Positions 9,298 through 19,033 of a stretch of 64,000 nt of DNA are shown here, in pieces. The stretch comes from a virus (lineage: Duplodnaviria > Caudoviricetes), in the IMG/VR virus record IMGVR_UViG_3300037400_002732, positions 110,808 through 174,807 of that record; one strand, 5' to 3'. Every line of letters begins with the position of its first letter. Positions within the stretch are counted from its first letter, which is position 1. A model generated the notes under the pieces. That model was not told where the DNA came from. It saw nothing but the letters and a program-made list of their open reading frames with translations, and made no database searches. The position numbers were made by a program, and so were the translations under genes.

Positions 9298-10791
9298 ATG
9301 CAGACTCTTCAGAAAAAGAACCTCTCGAATAAGTGGCGCGCCATTCTTGAATCCAACCTTGGTCGTCCTATTCGTACTCGCGCTGAAGCCAGCGTGATCG
9401 CTACCTTGCTCGAAAACCAGAACAAGGTAAACCGTGGTGCTATGCTTGAATCCGCCAACGTTTCCGCTGACGTGGCTCAGTATCAGCAGTACGCTCTTCC
9501 GATGATTCGTCGTCAGTTCCCAGAACTTCTCGCGATGAACACGGTTACTGTCATCCCGACAACCACTCCGCAGGGCATCTACTTTGCTCTCCGTTACCTC
9601 TACGAAAATGAACCGCTCAAGACCACTGCCTTCCGTCAGGGTCAGAAGCAAGAAATCGGCTACGACCTCGTTGCTGATCACACTGGCTTCGCTGGCACGT
9701 TCAATCCGTGGACGACTGGCATGGGCGAAATGCTTTCCAACTACATGGAAGGTACTGGTGTTAGCGGTGCTTCTGCTAACGGCAACTCTTTCGATCCGAA
9801 TCAGCCGGGCCTCCTTTACAACAACTTCGGTGGTTCCTACCTCGCTGGTGATGACCAGTACGGTGCCTACAGCTTCAACATCAAGAAAGCCTCTATCAAG
9901 GTGATCTCTGGTGCTATCCGCGTTGGTACACGTGCTATCAAGTCTCACTACACCATCGAACTCCAGCAAGACATGGCTGCCGCTCACGGCCAGGATGTCG
10001 AAGCTCTCCTCCTCGAAGGTCTTCAGTTTGAAATTCAACAGAACATCGACCGTGAAATTCTTCAGGCCATGGTTCTCGTTGCTCAGACTCCGGCTCTCGG
10101 TGGTGAACCTGCTATCCAGATGGATCTTGCCGATCCGAACCGTCTCAATGCTGGTATGGGCCGCTGGGCTGCAGAACGCATCGCTGGTGGTATCGTAAAC
10201 ACCATCATCGCTGTTTCTCGTAAGATCGCCCTCACGACTCGTATGGGTTGCGGTAACTTCGCAATCGTCTCTCCGGACATTGCCGCTGCTGTCGCTACCT
10301 TGAACAACGGTATCTACACGCCGACTTACCTCCAGACCGATGCTGCTGTGCAGCCGAACGGTGGTGTTGCTGATGCTGGTTCTCTTTTGAACGGCAACAT
10401 CAAGCTCTACCAAGACATCTACGCTAACGCTTCTTATGCCCTCTTGGGTTACAAGGGCCCGCGTCAAGGTGAGTCTGGTATCATCATGATGCCTTATATC
10501 CCTTATATCTTCTGCAAGACCGCTGGTCAGGAAGATGGTAGCCCGCGCTTGATCGTGAAGTCTCGTTACGCCATTGTGGCTAACCTTCTCGGTGCTGGTC
10601 AGTTCTACCGCGTTATCCACTTCTCCAACGTTAACAGCGTAATCACTGGTATCGATCTGGAAAACAACCCGTGGCAGTCTAACGGCTCCATCGGTGGTGC
10701 TTCTCTCCAGGCTGGCCTCTCTTACGAAACTGTGCCGAACGGTGTGGTTAACGTTCCGGGTGGCTTGAGCTACGAAGACAACAACTGGTAA
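9298..10791 (+). CDS. gp23: Major capsid protein (T4 gp23-like)
   Basis: KWRAILE, TLLENQ, LPMIRRQFP, ELQQDMAAAHGQDVE, IDREIL and IMMPYIP...KSRYA; strongly biased codon usage; start ATG 9298. Confidence 0.95.
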   Translation: MQTLQKKNLSNKWRAILESNLGRPIRTRAEASVIATLLENQNKVNRGAMLESANVSADVAQYQQYALPMIRRQFPELLAMNTVTVIPTTTPQGIYFALRYLYENEPLKTTAFRQGQKQEIGYDLVADHTGFAGTFNPWTTGMGEMLSNYMEGTGVSGASANGNSFDPNQPGLLYNNFGGSYLAGDDQYGAYSFNIKKASIKVISGAIRVGTRAIKSHYTIELQQDMAAAHGQDVEALLLEGLQFEIQQNIDREILQAMVLVAQTPALGGEPAIQMDLADPNRLNAGMGRWAAERIAGGIVNTIIAVSRKIALTTRMGCGNFAIVSPDIAAAVATLNNGIYTPTYLQTDAAVQPNGGVADAGSLLNGNIKLYQDIYANASYALLGYKGPRQGESGIIMMPYIPYIFCKTAGQEDGSPRLIVKSRYAIVANLLGAGQFYRVIHFSNVNSVITGIDLENNPWQSNGSIGGASLQAGLSYETVPNGVVNVPGGLSYEDNNW

Positions 10792-10822
10792 TCTTTACCA
10801 GTCGTCTTAGAACGCCAAATTT

Positions 10823-10853
10823 AAAGGCAGTGGAGCAATCCGCTGCCTTTTTT
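10823..10853 (+). terminator. Intrinsic terminator after capsid gene
   Basis: AAAGGCAGTGGA-GCAA-TCCGCTGCCTTTTTT. Confidence 0.85.
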
Positions 10854-10915
10854 GCGTTTGTTTTGGCCAAATAATCTGCATCGCGGTTTTGTTGATAAAA
10901 TGTTAACATAAACCT

Positions 10916-10923
10916 TATAAACT
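10916..10923 (+). promoter_or_regulatory. Putative late promoter TATAAACT
   Basis: 28 nt before ATG 10951. Confidence 0.7.
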
Positions 10924-10950
10924 ATTGCTTAACCGAGCGGTAGTTAATTG

Positions 10951-11127
10951 ATGAAAACCAAGGACACTAAACAGTTATTGACTGGAATTTTGAACAACGA
11001 CACGGCAACCGTCAAACGGATTGTCAATGCGTATTTCGAGTCTTGTTTTACTGCTGAGATAGATAAGGCGTCCAAGGCCGTCATGGAGTCTATCGGCAAA
11101 GAGGGGAAGGCTTTGTATGGCAACTAA
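10951..11127 (+). CDS. Small prohead core protein (T4 gp67-like), 58 aa, absent from the ORF track
   Basis: MKTKDTKQLLTGILNNDTATVKRIVNAYFESCFTAEIDKASKAVMESIGKEGKALYGN; directly before gp21; resembles the gp67 N-terminal helix. Confidence 0.6.
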   Translation: MKTKDTKQLLTGILNNDTATVKRIVNAYFESCFTAEIDKASKAVMESIGKEGKALYGN

Positions 11128-11881
11128 CAACATTTACGGTGACGCTATATTTGAGGGTTCCAGTGCTGCCTTGGTCGATCGCAAGGACATTTTTGGTAAT
11201 CTTGTCAAGCGTCTGATCATTGAAGGTACGGCTATCCGCTGTGATGTTCCTGGCATTAACAACCGTGCATATCCGAAACGCATTATTGAACGAGAAATGA
11301 ACCGTCTTATCAAGGACTTCGTTGCTCGTGGCCGCTTGGCGGCGTCTTTGAATCACCCTCGTCTTGGTGCCGACGGCACGGCGAAGGACTATCCGATTTT
11401 TGAAATGGACTTGGACAGCATCTGCGCCTTGATCGAAGACCTTCACATGGAAGGCGACGTTCTGAAGGTTCGCATGGTGGTTCTGGAAGAGACCAAGGCT
11501 GGTCATCAGCTTGCCGCCCTTATTCGTGGCGGTTATCATCCCGGCTTCTCTCTGCGTGGTGCTGGTAGCACCATCAACATGGGCGAGCATGAGGAAATTG
11601 CTGACGACTATACGATGATTACTATCGACGTTGTTGGTAACCCATCTTTCGGCCAAGAAGCAATCTTCACCGCTCGTCAAGAATCTGCAGAAGCTAACGG
11701 CGCGAAGGCTTTGACCGAAGCTGCGACAGGACCACGACCGCTGGTCGAGTCTGTAACGGACGTAATGGCTCGCTATGGCAAGGAAATTGAACGCACTTAT
11801 ACCAATTTCGTGCTAGGCCCAGGACGTTATGACAAAAACGGACTAATTTCTGCATTGCGAGGCTTCAATTCATGCAATTAA
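11117..11881 (+). CDS. gp21: Prohead core protease (T4 gp21-like)
   Basis: NNRAYP, LNHP (catalytic His), GFSLRGAGS (catalytic Ser), TIDVVGNPS. Confidence 0.92.
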   Translation: MATNNIYGDAIFEGSSAALVDRKDIFGNLVKRLIIEGTAIRCDVPGINNRAYPKRIIEREMNRLIKDFVARGRLAASLNHPRLGADGTAKDYPIFEMDLDSICALIEDLHMEGDVLKVRMVVLEETKAGHQLAALIRGGYHPGFSLRGAGSTINMGEHEEIADDYTMITIDVVGNPSFGQEAIFTARQESAEANGAKALTEAATGPRPLVESVTDVMARYGKEIERTYTNFVLGPGRYDKNGLISALRGFNSCN

Positions 11882-12798
11882 ACGCAGTACTTACAGAAGA
11901 AGAAATGTCCGGCCTAAGTCCGGAAGTCGTTGCCAAGATCGAATCGGCTTGCAACGCAGAAGTGGCCGCCGCTACTGAAGGTAGCACGGATAAACAGCGC
12001 AAGCAAGTCGAGAAGATGCTTGAGGCTGTGTCCGACAAGGCCGACAAGATGATTATGGAAGCGGTGGCTGAAAATGTCGAGAAGTTAAAGACAGACGCCA
12101 TCAATGGCAAGATGTACAAGGCATTGAGCGCGATGTCAGCTGTATTGGAAAGCGTCGGCATCACTATTTCGCTCAACAACAGTACATCCGAAGAAACCAA
12201 GAAGCTGCGAGACTTGCTGGCTCAAGCCAATCTAAAGCTCAAGTCTGCTTATGCCGAGCGAGAGAATTTGAAGGACAAGCTCAATGATGCTGAGAAGAAG
12301 TCCTATATCATGCGTCTCGTACAAGGTATGAAGCCGAACGTGGTGCAAGCTGTTATGGATCACTTTGTCAAGTATGACGTGCGCGACATTACTTCCGACA
12401 GCATCATGAAGTTCATTGACGGTTCTTCCAACGACGTGTATATGATGGACGTCGATCCGGAACGCGACAGCAAGCTCAATATGGACAACGTCGTGAGTGC
12501 GCTCAAGGATATTGATGCGGAACTCGACCGTGAAACCAAGCTTGAAAGCGTCAAGGACATTGACGGAATGTTCGAGTGCGAGGAAGCGGATGAACCGACT
12601 GTCGAACCGCAGCTGGAATCGCTTACCAAGGGACTCAAGCCGCAACGCGCCTCTCTCGCGAACAATACCGACGCTCTGTTCGAGGATGCAAACGCCGAGG
12701 GCCTTACCGACATCCAGACGGACGACGCATCCGATATTGCAGCAGCCATGTCTAACGTCCAAGCTTTTGAAAATCTTGGACTTGGAAAATTTGCCTAA
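11872..12798 (+). CDS. gp22: Prohead scaffolding protein (T4 gp22-like)
   Basis: Follows gp21; acidic coiled coil with LSPEVVAKIES and many x-x-E-S sites. Confidence 0.7.
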   Translation: MQLNAVLTEEEMSGLSPEVVAKIESACNAEVAAATEGSTDKQRKQVEKMLEAVSDKADKMIMEAVAENVEKLKTDAINGKMYKALSAMSAVLESVGITISLNNSTSEETKKLRDLLAQANLKLKSAYAERENLKDKLNDAEKKSYIMRLVQGMKPNVVQAVMDHFVKYDVRDITSDSIMKFIDGSSNDVYMMDVDPERDSKLNMDNVVSALKDIDAELDRETKLESVKDIDGMFECEEADEPTVEPQLESLTKGLKPQRASLANNTDALFEDANAEGLTDIQTDDASDIAAAMSNVQAFENLGLGKFA

Positions 12799-12820
12799 TC
12801 TCTCCTTAGTTGGCTCCGAA

Positions 12821-12850
12821 GGGGCTCGGTCGAAAGGCCGGGCCTCTTTT
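12821..12850 (+). terminator. Intrinsic terminator
   Basis: GGGGCTCGGTC-GAAA-GGCCGGGCCTC-TTTT. Confidence 0.8.
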
Positions 12851-12887
12851 GATATAATTTCTTAGGTTGGACTGAAACTGCCTAACT

Positions 12888-12895
12888 GATAAACT
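12888..12895 (+). promoter_or_regulatory. Putative late promoter GATAAACT
   Basis: 21 nt before ATG 12916. Confidence 0.7.
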
Positions 12896-12915
12896 AGGCG
12901 TGTAGAAGAGGAAAT

Positions 12916-13611
12916 ATGCAACAAACAGACTATTCAACCATTGCTCCACGCGGACAAGCTCCACAGCCGCAGTACCCGCCACAGAATCCGGGTTATGCTC
13001 CGCAGCAAGGATATCCGCAACAAGGATACCCACAGCAAGGTTATCCGCAGCAAGGATATCCGCAACAAGGCTATCCTCAGCAAGCCGCATATCCACAGCA
13101 AGGTTACTATCAGCAACCTCAGCAGCCAGCCCCTCAGTATGCACAGCCAGCTCCGCAGCAGCCGCCTCCGAATGGCAACTATTTCATTCCGCAGTCTGCG
13201 ATGAACGGCATGGAATATTCCGAAGAATTCCGTCGTGCTTATGAAACTAACAAGGCGGCGTTCGACGAAATAAACAAGAAGATCAAGGCTGGCGTAAACG
13301 AAAGCGAAGCTGTAAAGCGTGTCAAGGAAATGACCGCCTACAAGACCAAGGTCGATGCCACATTGAAGGAAATGGGCTGCGCGACCAACATTAGTCAAGT
13401 GCTGGCGATTATTGAAGACCTCTGTCTGTCCCTTGAGCATCCGGATCAGTGGATTCCGGCGGCTCGTTCCAAATATGTCGAACCGATGCGTAAGCAGTCT
13501 GCGCCGATTGTCGATGTACTGAGAAAGACTGCAGCAACAATTAAGAAGCTGTCCGTTCCGGCAGCTGGGGCCCAACAAGCCCAGCCAGCCGCGCCAGCAG
13601 CTGAAGGATAA
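12916..13611 (+). CDS. Hypothetical protein with N-terminal GYPQQ repeats
   Basis: SD GAGGA; Q/P/Y/G-rich N-terminus and helical C-terminal domain. Confidence 0.75.
   Translation: MQQTDYSTIAPRGQAPQPQYPPQNPGYAPQQGYPQQGYPQQGYPQQGYPQQGYPQQAAYPQQGYYQQPQQPAPQYAQPAPQQPPPNGNYFIPQSAMNGMEYSEEFRRAYETNKAAFDEINKKIKAGVNESEAVKRVKEMTAYKTKVDATLKEMGCATNISQVLAIIEDLCLSLEHPDQWIPAARSKYVEPMRKQSAPIVDVLRKTAATIKKLSVPAAGAQQAQPAAPAAEG
13003..13116 (+). repeat. 15-bp coding tandem repeat, (GYPQQ)x5 plus degenerate copies
   Basis: CAGCAAGGATATCCG-type units with synonymous variation. Confidence 0.9.
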
Positions 13612-13615
13612 GTAA

Positions 13616-16414
13616 ATGGACGCACCGTCAATCAGTTTGCTGAATTACACATTCCCTTTTGAAAAGGACGACTTTAGTACAGCCGTCCAGTTCAAGAATG
13701 CCGACAAGGTTGACGTAAGTGCGTACGTTCGATCCGTTGAACTTGAATCAATAAATGGAGCCGCCAACGGATGTTGGCTAACGCTCGAAGGCGATGACAA
13801 TGTACTGCTTAATTTTCCTAGCATTACTCCAGTTGAAAAAGAAACGTACCGCAAAATTCCGCTAAAGTTCGTTGTCGGCTATACCGACTACGATGACGAA
13901 GATTACGACGATGCCGACGTAATGTACACGACCAACGTTATCAATGTGTATGCGACCGAGTTCGGCGATGCCGACCCAGTTATATACTACATCGAGAACC
14001 TTGCCAGCAAGGCTGGCGAAAGCGAAAGCGTAGTAATTCATGGCGGCAACCTCACTGACGGATTGAGTATAAAGTTATTCGACGGCGAAAATGAATATGT
14101 AATTCCTCCGGAGGACATCGTATTCGATATTGAGAAAGGAACCGCTACGTTCACTATCGCGCCAGGTATGCTCGACATGAACGATGACGGCACTGAACCG
14201 TGTGGCCAGTATGAAATTTATTTCAGCTACGGCGACCAGAATTACGGCAACTCCGGTCTGGCTCTGATACGGTATAAGTACGATGCCGAAACCGAAGAAA
14301 TGCAAAGATATTCAGTCGAGGCCGTAACTCGCGAGAAGGCTTGCTACGACACTGGCGAATTCTCTCTGGTGTTTGACAACGTCGATGAAAATGGCAATGC
14401 CGTTCTGAACGCCAAGGCGGATCCTCGATATGGCGAGTCCGTTGTTGTACGACGTCAGACGGCTTCGTATTACGAACAGAATCACTACGTCTATCACGAG
14501 AACATCGACTCGCTATATGGCTTCATGAAGTTGAAGAACACGCTGGATGAATACGGAAATCCGACTATCCAGATTATGCAGTATGGCGAACTATACAACG
14601 TCGATGACGACTATGCCGAGGTAAATCTTTGGCAAGGCTATCCCATCTACCTTGATGGCCAGACAAATTCAGAAGAGAATGGTCTCTGGTTCGTTACTGG
14701 CGGCGTATGGGTAAGGGATCCTTGCGAAGCTTTCGTATATACGATGGTTCGCGTAAAGCATAACAAGAATCTTACGCACAAGGCTGGCTTGCTGAAGCTG
14801 GACGGTGTGCAGTTGTATGATGGTGACGTGGTATGGCTATCCCACCAGCTCCGTGAAGAGGAGAACGGTTTGTGGGTTGTTCGAATTGGCGAATGGGAAG
14901 GGTTCAATCCGTATGAGTACAATCCGATTTCTCCGGAACCGCTTGACTGTCCGGCCAACTGTCACAAGGAAGAAGTTGCCTTCCCAGTCACCGACTTTGT
15001 ATTGGTAGACTTGGGCGCGAAGGCTACTTACCAAGTAGACTATGTATGCCGTGACGATGTTCCATACAAGTGTGGGACTAGAACTATTTGCAATTACAAG
15101 GTGTCGCCGGGCCATGTAGTCGCTCTGCTGAATCAGAAGGACGGTGGCGACGGAATTTATCTGGTGAAGTGTGGCGAATGGGAAAAGATTGGCGATGTTA
15201 GCGAAAGCGATGTCAGCGGAACCACCATTGACTTTAGCCATCAAGTCATCGTTCAGAACGATATTGACTTCTGTCAGTGTGGCGGAGTATTCCATATTGA
15301 TTATTTCTTCCTTACTCCGTCGTGCTATTTGAACCATCTTCAGCGCAGCGTGAAGATTATGTGCGGCGATGCGTCCATTGCTCCGAACCCAGCTGAATCT
15401 CAGTTCAGTATTACCGAATATGTTATCCGTGTCGGCGAGGAAGATGCGTTGATTGGTTACCAAGGCCGTACTCCAGGCGATCCGGTCAAGGAAGACTGTG
15501 TGGAAGCTAATGATGATTTTGAATACGATTTCGGTTTGACCCTTGTCGAACGCAGACAGTATGTCAAGAATCCGAGCTGCTTGCGCTCGCCTATTTGCGA
15601 ACCGATATGCGACGTGCCTCGCATATTCAACTTGCGTACTACCAAGGACTATACGAACAGTAACGACCGTAATGGGTTTACGATAAAGTTCTGGCGTCAT
15701 GAAGAAGACGGCTGGCACCTTTATGCCTACATCGGTTCTGGTATGCAAAATACTGGCATGGACTACTATGTGTATCACCTTCATGTGAAAGGCAAGGCGA
15801 CCGAGAACCAAGTCGATGTGAACGAGCACGACTGGTTTACTGTGACGACTGGCTACATTGCCGATGGCGACGGATTAGTGTACGATGATGAAAACCATAT
15901 AATTGGATCAGATTCGTTCGGACTCTATGATGACAAGTGGGAATTCGAGGTGGTTGATAGCAACGGTGATTCGCATATTGAACATACGTTAAACCGCGAC
16001 ACATTGTATATGCCGTGGCGTATTTCGTGTACTACGAATCTGTTGGCTCATGGCTCCCTTTATGATCATGAACCGAGGACAACTTGCCAAGACATGGAAA
16101 TGGGTTCAAAGACCATCGAAGCGATTGGCGACGTATGCGATTACTGCAACGGTACTGGGATAGATGACAATGGTGACAAATGCGCGGTGTGCGATGGTAC
16201 TGGTCGTTCGCCGTCTGGATATCTGGTTGGCATGTTGCATGTATTCGACGTAGCCTACTACACAACGGCCATGACAAAATCGCAGTTTGTCGCAGAGTAC
16301 AACAAGTACGCCAGCAGCAAGACGGATTGCATCTGGTATGAATTTAACGAAGTCATCGCAACCGATGATGAAGATCCGATTGTAACGGATGATAATGAAC
16401 TTATAAGGAGATAG
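13616..16414 (+). CDS. Large acidic virion (fibre or decoration-like) protein with Q-x(4-5)-NG-[LI][WY] repeats and a C-terminal CxxCxGxG pair
   Basis: Repeats LDGQTNSEENGLWFV, LSHQLREEENGLWVV, LLNQKDGGDGIYLV; CDYCNGTG and CAVCDGTG. Confidence 0.6.
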   Translation: MDAPSISLLNYTFPFEKDDFSTAVQFKNADKVDVSAYVRSVELESINGAANGCWLTLEGDDNVLLNFPSITPVEKETYRKIPLKFVVGYTDYDDEDYDDADVMYTTNVINVYATEFGDADPVIYYIENLASKAGESESVVIHGGNLTDGLSIKLFDGENEYVIPPEDIVFDIEKGTATFTIAPGMLDMNDDGTEPCGQYEIYFSYGDQNYGNSGLALIRYKYDAETEEMQRYSVEAVTREKACYDTGEFSLVFDNVDENGNAVLNAKADPRYGESVVVRRQTASYYEQNHYVYHENIDSLYGFMKLKNTLDEYGNPTIQIMQYGELYNVDDDYAEVNLWQGYPIYLDGQTNSEENGLWFVTGGVWVRDPCEAFVYTMVRVKHNKNLTHKAGLLKLDGVQLYDGDVVWLSHQLREEENGLWVVRIGEWEGFNPYEYNPISPEPLDCPANCHKEEVAFPVTDFVLVDLGAKATYQVDYVCRDDVPYKCGTRTICNYKVSPGHVVALLNQKDGGDGIYLVKCGEWEKIGDVSESDVSGTTIDFSHQVIVQNDIDFCQCGGVFHIDYFFLTPSCYLNHLQRSVKIMCGDASIAPNPAESQFSITEYVIRVGEEDALIGYQGRTPGDPVKEDCVEANDDFEYDFGLTLVERRQYVKNPSCLRSPICEPICDVPRIFNLRTTKDYTNSNDRNGFTIKFWRHEEDGWHLYAYIGSGMQNTGMDYYVYHLHVKGKATENQVDVNEHDWFTVTTGYIADGDGLVYDDENHIIGSDSFGLYDDKWEFEVVDSNGDSHIEHTLNRDTLYMPWRISCTTNLLAHGSLYDHEPRTTCQDMEMGSKTIEAIGDVCDYCNGTGIDDNGDKCAVCDGTGRSPSGYLVGMLHVFDVAYYTTAMTKSQFVAEYNKYASSKTDCIWYEFNEVIATDDEDPIVTDDNELIRR

Positions 16415-16418
16415 CTGT

Positions 16419-17465
16419 ATGTCCAACTTGAACGAGATAAAATATGTTACGATTTGGAAATTGGACACGCGAGAAGGTGCTACCGCGACCGAGTCTCGCG
16501 ACTGGTTACCAGTAACACATATTGACAAGATTCGTGGCCGTATTACAGTCAAGGCACCGTATCCGATTGGTGATTACGATGTCGTGACCGCCGAGAGCAA
16601 GGAATGCGAAACTTGTGAGGGACTTGGCTATCTGCAGAAGGTTGCGTGTCCTACGTGCAATGATACTCATTTAATGGAATGCCCGGTATGCCATGGAAGG
16701 AAAACCGCTGGCTGCGATACTCAAGAATTGTGCGCATATTGCGGCGGATCTGGTCGAGTTCCTTGTGAGACATGCTATAGCGGTTCCAAGGAATTCTGGG
16801 TTCCGACTGACCATTGCACTGGCGATGATTGCGTTCCGTGTCCAGACTGTAATGGTACTGGATATGCTGGTGGCGGTGGCGTCATATCGGTTACTCCGGA
16901 AGGCGTTATCACTCTGCGATACGATTCAGTGACTTTGGGCATTACCGACGACGGTAGACTCTTTGCTCGTTTGAAGGTAAAGTCGGATGGCGGCATTGGA
17001 ATCACGGAAGATAGCGAACTGTTTGTTAAGGTAGATGAATCTACTATTCGCTTAGTGAACGGACAACTGACTGCCGTGTATCATCCAGCAACCATGAAGG
17101 CGTCTGGCGAAGCAGATACAGTTGAACAGCAGTCCCAACGTATTGATACTGCTCTGGTTGTTACAGATGAGTCGGTAAAACGTGTTCATGCATTTTTGTC
17201 ACTTGATCTGCATTCACTTAATTATGACGAAGCTGCTTCCATGTACAATATTACCGTGTCGTTGGTCGCTGGTCGTGATGGCGCAGTTAATGTACAGTTC
17301 AGCCCGATAACATGGGATTTGACGGTGCCGTACACTATGTTGAATTTCGATACGATTATCGACAACATTCCGTATGGGTATGAGTTTTATGTTCAGCTTG
17401 ACTGCGACGAGAACATGCCCGTCGGAAACAAGATCAACTGGTCGATGAACGTTGTTTCTTGCTAA
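16419..17465 (+). CDS. DnaJ-type zinc-finger repeat protein without a J domain, probably virion-associated
   Basis: Six CxxC motifs including CETCEGLG, CAYCGGSG and CPDCNGTG; no HPD motif; fibre-like middle region. Confidence 0.6.
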   Translation: MSNLNEIKYVTIWKLDTREGATATESRDWLPVTHIDKIRGRITVKAPYPIGDYDVVTAESKECETCEGLGYLQKVACPTCNDTHLMECPVCHGRKTAGCDTQELCAYCGGSGRVPCETCYSGSKEFWVPTDHCTGDDCVPCPDCNGTGYAGGGGVISVTPEGVITLRYDSVTLGITDDGRLFARLKVKSDGGIGITEDSELFVKVDESTIRLVNGQLTAVYHPATMKASGEADTVEQQSQRIDTALVVTDESVKRVHAFLSLDLHSLNYDEAASMYNITVSLVAGRDGAVNVQFSPITWDLTVPYTMLNFDTIIDNIPYGYEFYVQLDCDENMPVGNKINWSMNVVSC

Positions 17466-17505
17466 ATGAAGTAATTTATCAAGTAGATGTAACATTGGAT
17501 TACAG

Positions 17506-18288
17506 ATGGCGAATAAGAATATTAACGGGCCGAAGAAGCGTCCGGCCAATCCAGCGGTGTTTGACGAAAAGGGCCGTCAGACAGTCGCTTCAATGAAGTA
17601 CGACAAGATTGATAAAGATTACCTCACCAAGCTACTCTTGGAACATAAGCGTGACGTTGAACTGTACGGAAAAGGCTACCCAGTTTCGGACGACCTAGCC
17701 ACTGCCATTCAAGTGGTCATCAAGAAGACTGCTGGCATGATGTCATGGCGAAAGTACACCGATCCTTGGAAGGAAGAAATGTACGCCCGCGCACAGTTCT
17801 GTACCCTCAAGTATTGCCATTCGTTCGACCCGAACAAGATGGCGGAAAATTCGAAGAACAAGGATCCGTACTACTACCTCGGACAGATAGTCTCTCGCGC
17901 TTTCATGCAGCAAGTGACAGACCTCAAGAAGAAGTCCAAGTACATCAAGTTTACCTCGCTCAACGAAAATATTCTCCATACTTGCGTGAACATCGACGAA
18001 TATGCTGGCGTCATCGAACGCGAAGAGCAGCGTAAGAAGGATGAAGTAAATGCTAACCTTGCCATGGAACACAGCAACATTGCTGACGCAGTTGACGTTC
18101 TTGAGAAGGTTGATCCGTACATGGATCAGAAGGTGCTAGACCTTGCCAAGAAGCTTGTCGATGAAGAAGGTATCAGCGAGGATGCTGCATACAAGGAAGC
18201 AAAACGAATTTTGGCCGCTCGCAAGCAGAAGGCCGCCAAGGAAAAGAAATCTGCGGCAGCAAAGAAGCTTGCGGAGACCAAAAAATAG
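17506..18288 (+). CDS. gp55: Late transcription sigma factor (T4 gp55-like)
   Basis: WKEEM...CTLKYCHSFDPNK...DPYYYLGQIVSRAFMQ matches the gp55 pattern. Confidence 0.85.
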   Translation: MANKNINGPKKRPANPAVFDEKGRQTVASMKYDKIDKDYLTKLLLEHKRDVELYGKGYPVSDDLATAIQVVIKKTAGMMSWRKYTDPWKEEMYARAQFCTLKYCHSFDPNKMAENSKNKDPYYYLGQIVSRAFMQQVTDLKKKSKYIKFTSLNENILHTCVNIDEYAGVIEREEQRKKDEVNANLAMEHSNIADAVDVLEKVDPYMDQKVLDLAKKLVDEEGISEDAAYKEAKRILAARKQKAAKEKKSAAAKKLAETKK

Positions 18289-18321
18289 AACAACATTCAT
18301 AGTGTTCTCCTTTAGGTTCAG

Positions 18322-18355
18322 AAGGTCGCTGGGGTAACCTGGCGGCCTTTTGTTT
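18322..18355 (+). terminator. Intrinsic terminator
   Basis: AAGGTCGCTGGG-GTAA-CCTGGCGGCCTT-TTGTTT. Confidence 0.75.
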
Positions 18356-18401
18356 ATGCAACATTTGATGCTTTTAAATGAAACTAAACTTGTTTCAATG
18401 T

Positions 18402-18409
18402 GATAAACT
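18402..18409 (+). promoter_or_regulatory. Putative late promoter GATAAACT
   Basis: 25 nt before ATG 18434. Confidence 0.7.
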
Positions 18410-18433
18410 ACGTTCAAAGTCAAGGATAAAATT

Positions 18434-18913
18434 ATGGCTCAGAAAATTGACAGCGGAAATGTATTGGGAATGTATGCGACGAATTTCGACACGCATCCAG
18501 ATTGGAAGCACGACATCTATGTTCAAACACAGAGCCTTATTCCTGGCGTAATGGATATCAAGTCTGGTAAGGCCAATGACTTCGTGAAACGTGCCGAGAC
18601 CCAGATGTACTGGCATACGGAAGACCGTCTAGCGGCTGAACAAGACAAATTCCTCGAAAATGACCCAGTGAACAACACGCCGGGACGTGGTCAGAAGAAT
18701 TATCGCCGCATGGAATACGATATTACCAAGAATCCTAACGGCAAGGGCGCGGAAGAAGACCGTGAAGAGGCCGAGAACCGCGAGGTTCTGACCAAGGATG
18801 AACTGATGAACATCCTCAACAACGTGCGCTACACGGTATGTTCTACGGCGTCGGCATGGGGCGACAAGCCCATCCAGCAGAAGGATTATCAAGACCAGAT
18901 CAAGCTTAGGTAG
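18434..18913 (+). CDS. Hypothetical late protein
   Basis: Late motif, SD AAGGA and its own terminator. Confidence 0.7.
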   Translation: MAQKIDSGNVLGMYATNFDTHPDWKHDIYVQTQSLIPGVMDIKSGKANDFVKRAETQMYWHTEDRLAAEQDKFLENDPVNNTPGRGQKNYRRMEYDITKNPNGKGAEEDREEAENREVLTKDELMNILNNVRYTVCSTASAWGDKPIQQKDYQDQIKLR

Positions 18914-18939
18914 TGGTTTTCTTCCTTTTACACTACCTT

Positions 18940-18973
18940 GGAGGTCGCCGTGAGGCGGCCTCCTCTCTTTTTT
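18940..18973 (+). terminator. Intrinsic terminator
   Basis: GGAGGTCGCC-GTGA-GGCGGCCTCC followed by a T-rich tail. Confidence 0.8.
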
Positions 18974-19033
18974 GGCATGGATTTTGCTTATGATATGGCA
19001 AAAGGAAATAATTTTCACTCAAAAGGAGTTTTT

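Noticed and set aside
18938-19033. Longer Hsp20 start and a CIRCE heat-shock operator
   Set aside because: The upstream start lies in a terminator, a strong SD precedes ATG 19034, and no TTAGCACTC-N9-GAGTGCTAA match is present.
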